This document shows, piece by piece, positions 60,738-64,000 of a stretch of 64,000 nucleotides of DNA (the first letter of the stretch is position 1; the number at the start of each line of letters is the position of its first letter). The position numbers were made by a program, and so were the translations under genes. The notes beneath the pieces were generated by a model. It was given only the letters and a program-made list of their open reading frames with translations, made no database searches and was not told the origin of the DNA. The stretch is from an uncultured Planctomycetota bacterium (lineage in GTDB: Bacteria > Planctomycetota > Planctomycetia > Isosphaerales > Isosphaeraceae), in assembly GCA_963823665.1 (NCBI GenBank), contig CAWGMQ010000010.1:1280001-1344000 (forward strand), read 5' to 3'.

Positions 60738-62363
60738 CTACCGCTCGGCCGTTCGACTTGCCTGGCGCCGCACGAGGGCGGCCGCGACAAAGTCGCGGAA
60801 CAGCGGATGGGCCTTGGTTGGCTTCGACTTGAATTCCGGGTGGAACTGCACAGCCAGAAACCACGGGTGCTCCGGCCGCTCCATGATCTCGACGATCGTG
60901 CCGTCCGGGCTGACCCCCGTCGCCACCAGCCCTCCCTCCTGAAACGCCTTGCGATACGCGTTGTTCAGCTCGTACCGATGCCGGTGGCGTTCGTGAATGA
61001 GCCCGGTGCTGTAAGCCCGATGGGCAAGGCTTCCGGGAGACAAGACACACGGGTAAGAACCCAGTCTCATCGTGCCCCCCCGATTCTTGACCGCCTGCTG
61101 TTCCTCCATGATCGCAATCACCGGATGGGGCGTATTCGCATCAAACTCGTTGCTGTTGGCATCCTTGAGTGCCAGTTCGTTGCGGGCAAATTCGACGACC
61201 GCGCACTGCATGCCCAGGCAAATCCCGAAGTAGGGAATGCGCTCCATCCTCGCATAGCGAATCGCCTCGATCTTGCCCTCGATCCCCCGCATGCCGAATC
61301 CACCCGGAACCAGGATGCCGTCCACTCCGGCGAGCAACGCGTCAGCGCCCTGGCTGTCGACTTCCTCGGCCTCGACTCGCTCGATCGCCACCCGTGTGCG
61401 GTTGGCAATTCCCGCATGATCGAGCGCTTCGTAGACCGACTTGTACGCGTCGCGAATCTTCATGTATTTGCCCACGAGCGCAATCCGCACTTCGTGCTTC
61501 GGCTTCTTGATTCGCTCGACGATCTCGCGCCACTCGGTCAAGTCGAGCGGTATGGCACGCAGCCGAAGCCGCTGCACCAGGATCTCGTCCAGCCCGTGGT
61601 CCACCAGCGAGAGCGGCACTTCGTAAATGCTGAACTGCTTGTCCCGCTCTTCAATCACGGCCTTCCGCTCGACATTGCAAAAGAGCGCGATCTTGTCTTT
61701 CTCTTCGGCGGGAATTGGATGCTCGGTGCGGCAGATCAGCACGTCCGGCTGGATGCCGATCTGGCGCAGCATCCCCACGGAGTGCTGTGTCGGCTTCGTC
61801 TTGAGCTCACCGGCTGCCTTCAGGAATGGGATAAGCGTCAAGTGGATGTACAAGCAATTCTCGCGGCCAACGTCCAGCGCGAACTGGCGGATCGCCTCCA
61901 GAAACGGCTGGCCCTCGATATCGCCGACCGTGCCGCCAATTTCGGTGATCACCACATCCACGTCGTCGCGCGCCAGCGCGTGGATCGCCGACTTGATCTC
62001 ATCGGTGACGTGCGGGATCACCTGGACGGTCTTGCCCTCGTAAAACTTCCCGGAGCGCTCCTTCTCGATGACCGACAGGTAAATCCTTCCCGTCGTGTGG
62101 TTACTGTCCCGAGTCAGCGGCGCGTGCGTGAACCGCTCATAGTGGCCCAGATCCAGGTCGGTCTCCGAGCCGTCTTCGGTGACGTAAACTTCCCCGTGCT
62201 GGTGGGGGCTCATCGTCCCCGGGTCGACGTTGATGTAGGGATCGAACTTCTGGAGCCTGATCCGCAGCCCTCGCTGCTCCAGAAGCATCCCGATCGAGGC
62301 GCACGTCAGTCCCTTGCCCAGCGAGCTGACGACCCCGCCCGTTACGAATATGTGCTTGGCCAT
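60738..62363 (-). CDS. pyrG: CTP synthase
   Basis: [52 protein letters not shown]. Confidence 0.98.
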   Translation of the reverse strand: MAKHIFVTGGVVSSLGKGLTCASIGMLLEQRGLRIRLQKFDPYINVDPGTMSPHQHGEVYVTEDGSETDLDLGHYERFTHAPLTRDSNHTTGRIYLSVIEKERSGKFYEGKTVQVIPHVTDEIKSAIHALARDDVDVVITEIGGTVGDIEGQPFLEAIRQFALDVGRENCLYIHLTLIPFLKAAGELKTKPTQHSVGMLRQIGIQPDVLICRTEHPIPAEEKDKIALFCNVERKAVIEERDKQFSIYEVPLSLVDHGLDEILVQRLRLRAIPLDLTEWREIVERIKKPKHEVRIALVGKYMKIRDAYKSVYEALDHAGIANRTRVAIERVEAEEVDSQGADALLAGVDGILVPGGFGMRGIEGKIEAIRYARMERIPYFGICLGMQCAVVEFARNELALKDANSNEFDANTPHPVIAIMEEQQAVKNRGGTMRLGSYPCVLSPGSLAHRAYSTGLIHERHRHRYELNNAYRKAFQEGGLVATGVSPDGTIVEIMERPEHPWFLAVQFHPEFKSKPTKAHPLFRDFVAAALVRRQASRTAER

Positions 62364-62534
62364 CGCGTCCCTATCCATGTTGTGTTCATCTGTACGGCGA
62401 CCTCCAAGCGAAGTAGTATAACATCCCGCCGCTATTTCGCGACACCGCCCCTCGAACTTCCTTGAGCAACCCTCTACAATAGACTCTGTTCCTCCATCCA
62501 CGCGCTTTCCGATTCATCTCGGAGCGCTTGAACG

Positions 62535-62614
62535 TCGGATTCCGAGCTCTGAGCTTTCGAGTTTCGGATTTCGAGCTTCGAGCTTCGGATTTCGAGCTTC
62601 GAGTTTCGGATTTC
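62535..62614. repeat. Heptamer tandem repeat
   Basis: ttcgagc / ttcggat / ttcgagt units in the intergenic region. Confidence 0.85.
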
Positions 62615-62633
62615 CCCCCATCAGGATCTTCCC

Positions 62634-63785
62634 ATGCCTCCCACCCAGCTCAACCGTCGCCGATTCTTGAGCTGTTCCGCCGCGGCGAGCCTGGCGCTTT
62701 CCCAGGGGAATCTGGCTGAGGCCGCTGCGGTCGAGCGTGATTCCAAGCCCCTCCGCTTGGGTGCAGTGGGAATCGGCAACCGGGGCACTGCCCTGCTGCG
62801 AAGCCTGCTCGAGCTGCCGGGTACCGAGATCCTGGCAGTGTGCGACCTTGAACGAAAGCACCGCCAACGCGGCGAAGGAATCGTCGAAAAAGCGCGCGGT
62901 CGGCGCCCCGAGTCCTTTAGCGATCCGCGCAAAGTCTTCGACCGTACGGACATCGACGCCGTCGTGGTTGCCCTTCCGTGTGATGCCCACGACCAGGTGC
63001 ACGCCGAGGCTCTCGCCGCCGGCAAGCATCTCTACGCCGAGAAGCCCCTTTCAATGACGCTCGAGGGTTGCGATCGCCTGATTGCCGCCGGGGCGCTTTC
63101 GCCGTCCCTGGTCATCCACGTCGGGTTCCAGCGCCGCTCGAATCCTCGCTTCTGCCAGGGCGTCGAGTTGATCAGCCGCGGCGACTTGGGCCCGCTCATC
63201 GAAGCACGCGCGAGCTGGACCAGCAGTAACGGACCGATGAGTGGCCACGACGGCTGGCTCGCCCGCCGCGAGCGCTCGGGCGATTGGATGGTCGAGCAGG
63301 GCGTCCACATCTGGGATGTCTTTCACTGGCTCAAGGGCTCACTTCCCGTGAGAGCCACCGGTTGGGGCCGCCGCGATCTATTCGCGTCGATCGATCCCAA
63401 GCGCAACGTCACGGATCATTACTCGATCGACCTGGAGTGGGCCGACGGCTTCCGCGCCTCGTTCGTCCAGAGCTGGATTTCCCCCGCCGCTGAGGGTTTC
63501 ACCGGCTCGTCGCTCCGCGTCCTCGGAGAGCAGGGGGGGTTCGACTTCACTTCAGGCGCCCTCACGTTCCGGGACCGCAACCAGCCCGCTCGCACCGTTG
63601 CCCCGGGCCCTCAGCCCGACACCAGGCTTGCCCTCGAGTCCTTCCTCACCGCCGTGCGCTCGAGCACGCCGCTGCCGGCGCCGCTCTCCCTCGCCGATGC
63701 CCGGGCCGCAACCCGCATCGGCCTCCTGGTCCGCAAATCTGTCGACGAGCACCGCACCGTTCAGATGGATGAGATCGAAGTCTGA
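62634..63785 (+). CDS. Tat-exported Gfo/Idh/MocA oxidoreductase
   Basis: NRRRFL, GIGNRG, HLYAEKP, GFQRR, EQGVHIWD. Confidence 0.92.
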   Translation: MPPTQLNRRRFLSCSAAASLALSQGNLAEAAAVERDSKPLRLGAVGIGNRGTALLRSLLELPGTEILAVCDLERKHRQRGEGIVEKARGRRPESFSDPRKVFDRTDIDAVVVALPCDAHDQVHAEALAAGKHLYAEKPLSMTLEGCDRLIAAGALSPSLVIHVGFQRRSNPRFCQGVELISRGDLGPLIEARASWTSSNGPMSGHDGWLARRERSGDWMVEQGVHIWDVFHWLKGSLPVRATGWGRRDLFASIDPKRNVTDHYSIDLEWADGFRASFVQSWISPAAEGFTGSSLRVLGEQGGFDFTSGALTFRDRNQPARTVAPGPQPDTRLALESFLTAVRSSTPLPAPLSLADARAATRIGLLVRKSVDEHRTVQMDEIEV

Positions 63786-63812
63786 GACCGATCAGCCGAA
63801 CGGGTCGTAACC

Positions 63813-64000
63813 ATGTCCACTGTCTCGCCGCCCCCACCGATGATATCAACTCCGCCGACGTCGGCACCTTTTACGCCGCGCCGTATCACCGTCGATGAGT
63901 ACGAACGGATCGAAGCATCAGGGGCGCTGAACGATCCCAAAAAAATCGAGCTGATCGATGGATACCTGGTGACGAAGATGCCCAAGAGCCCCGAACACGC
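63813..64000 (+). CDS. Uma2-family endonuclease, partial (cut by the window edge)
   Basis: RITVDEYERI..G.L....IELIDGYLVTKMPKSPEH. Confidence 0.85.
   Translation, partial: MSTVSPPPPMISTPPTSAPFTPRRITVDEYERIEASGALNDPKKIELIDGYLVTKMPKSPEH

Noticed and set aside
60699..62465. 588-aa plus-strand ORF
   Set aside because: Shadow of pyrG.

Overview
GC-rich bacterial DNA that looks like Planctomycetota (Isosphaeraceae-like). The evidence is 'LExLEDRxLLS' extracellular leader motifs, an ECF sigma plus Ser/Thr kinase pair, Tat-exported Gfo/Idh/MocA proteins, a Uma2 gene and heptamer/REP-like repeats. Several genes carry single frameshifts, which may be assembly errors. Left to right: (1) 1-9.4 kb, core and polysaccharide genes (GNAT, gmd, epimerase, methyltransferase-GT2). 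(2) About 10.7-25.4 kb, a decayed island region marked by three minus-strand tRNA-Leu(CAA) fragments; it holds a nucleoside phosphorylase gene with an internal stop, an ECF/kinase pair and a giant beta-helix surface protein. (3) 26.5-30.3 kb, a metzincin-CHAT(caspase) fusion next to an SGNH hydrolase with a long N-terminal extension, a candidate protease-activated conflict module. (4) 30.4-34.7 kb, an UnbV-UnbU-AhpD operon; the AhpD gene has an in-frame TGA exactly at the second Cys of CxxC followed by a SECIS-like hairpin, so it is a candidate selenoprotein. (5) Beta-helix paralogues, a radical SAM gene, an oxidoreductase and nagA. (6) About 44.25-60.16 kb, an integrated ~15.9 kb phage-satellite-like element with integrase, HigBA-like TA pair, HK97 capsid, terminase split into two genes, DUF3987 replication gene and AlpA, but no recognisable portal or tail. 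Its att core lies inside the integrase ORF, so excision would swap the integrase C-terminus in frame. (7) pyrG, an oxidoreductase and a partial Uma2 gene. All calls come from reading motifs by eye; no searches were run.
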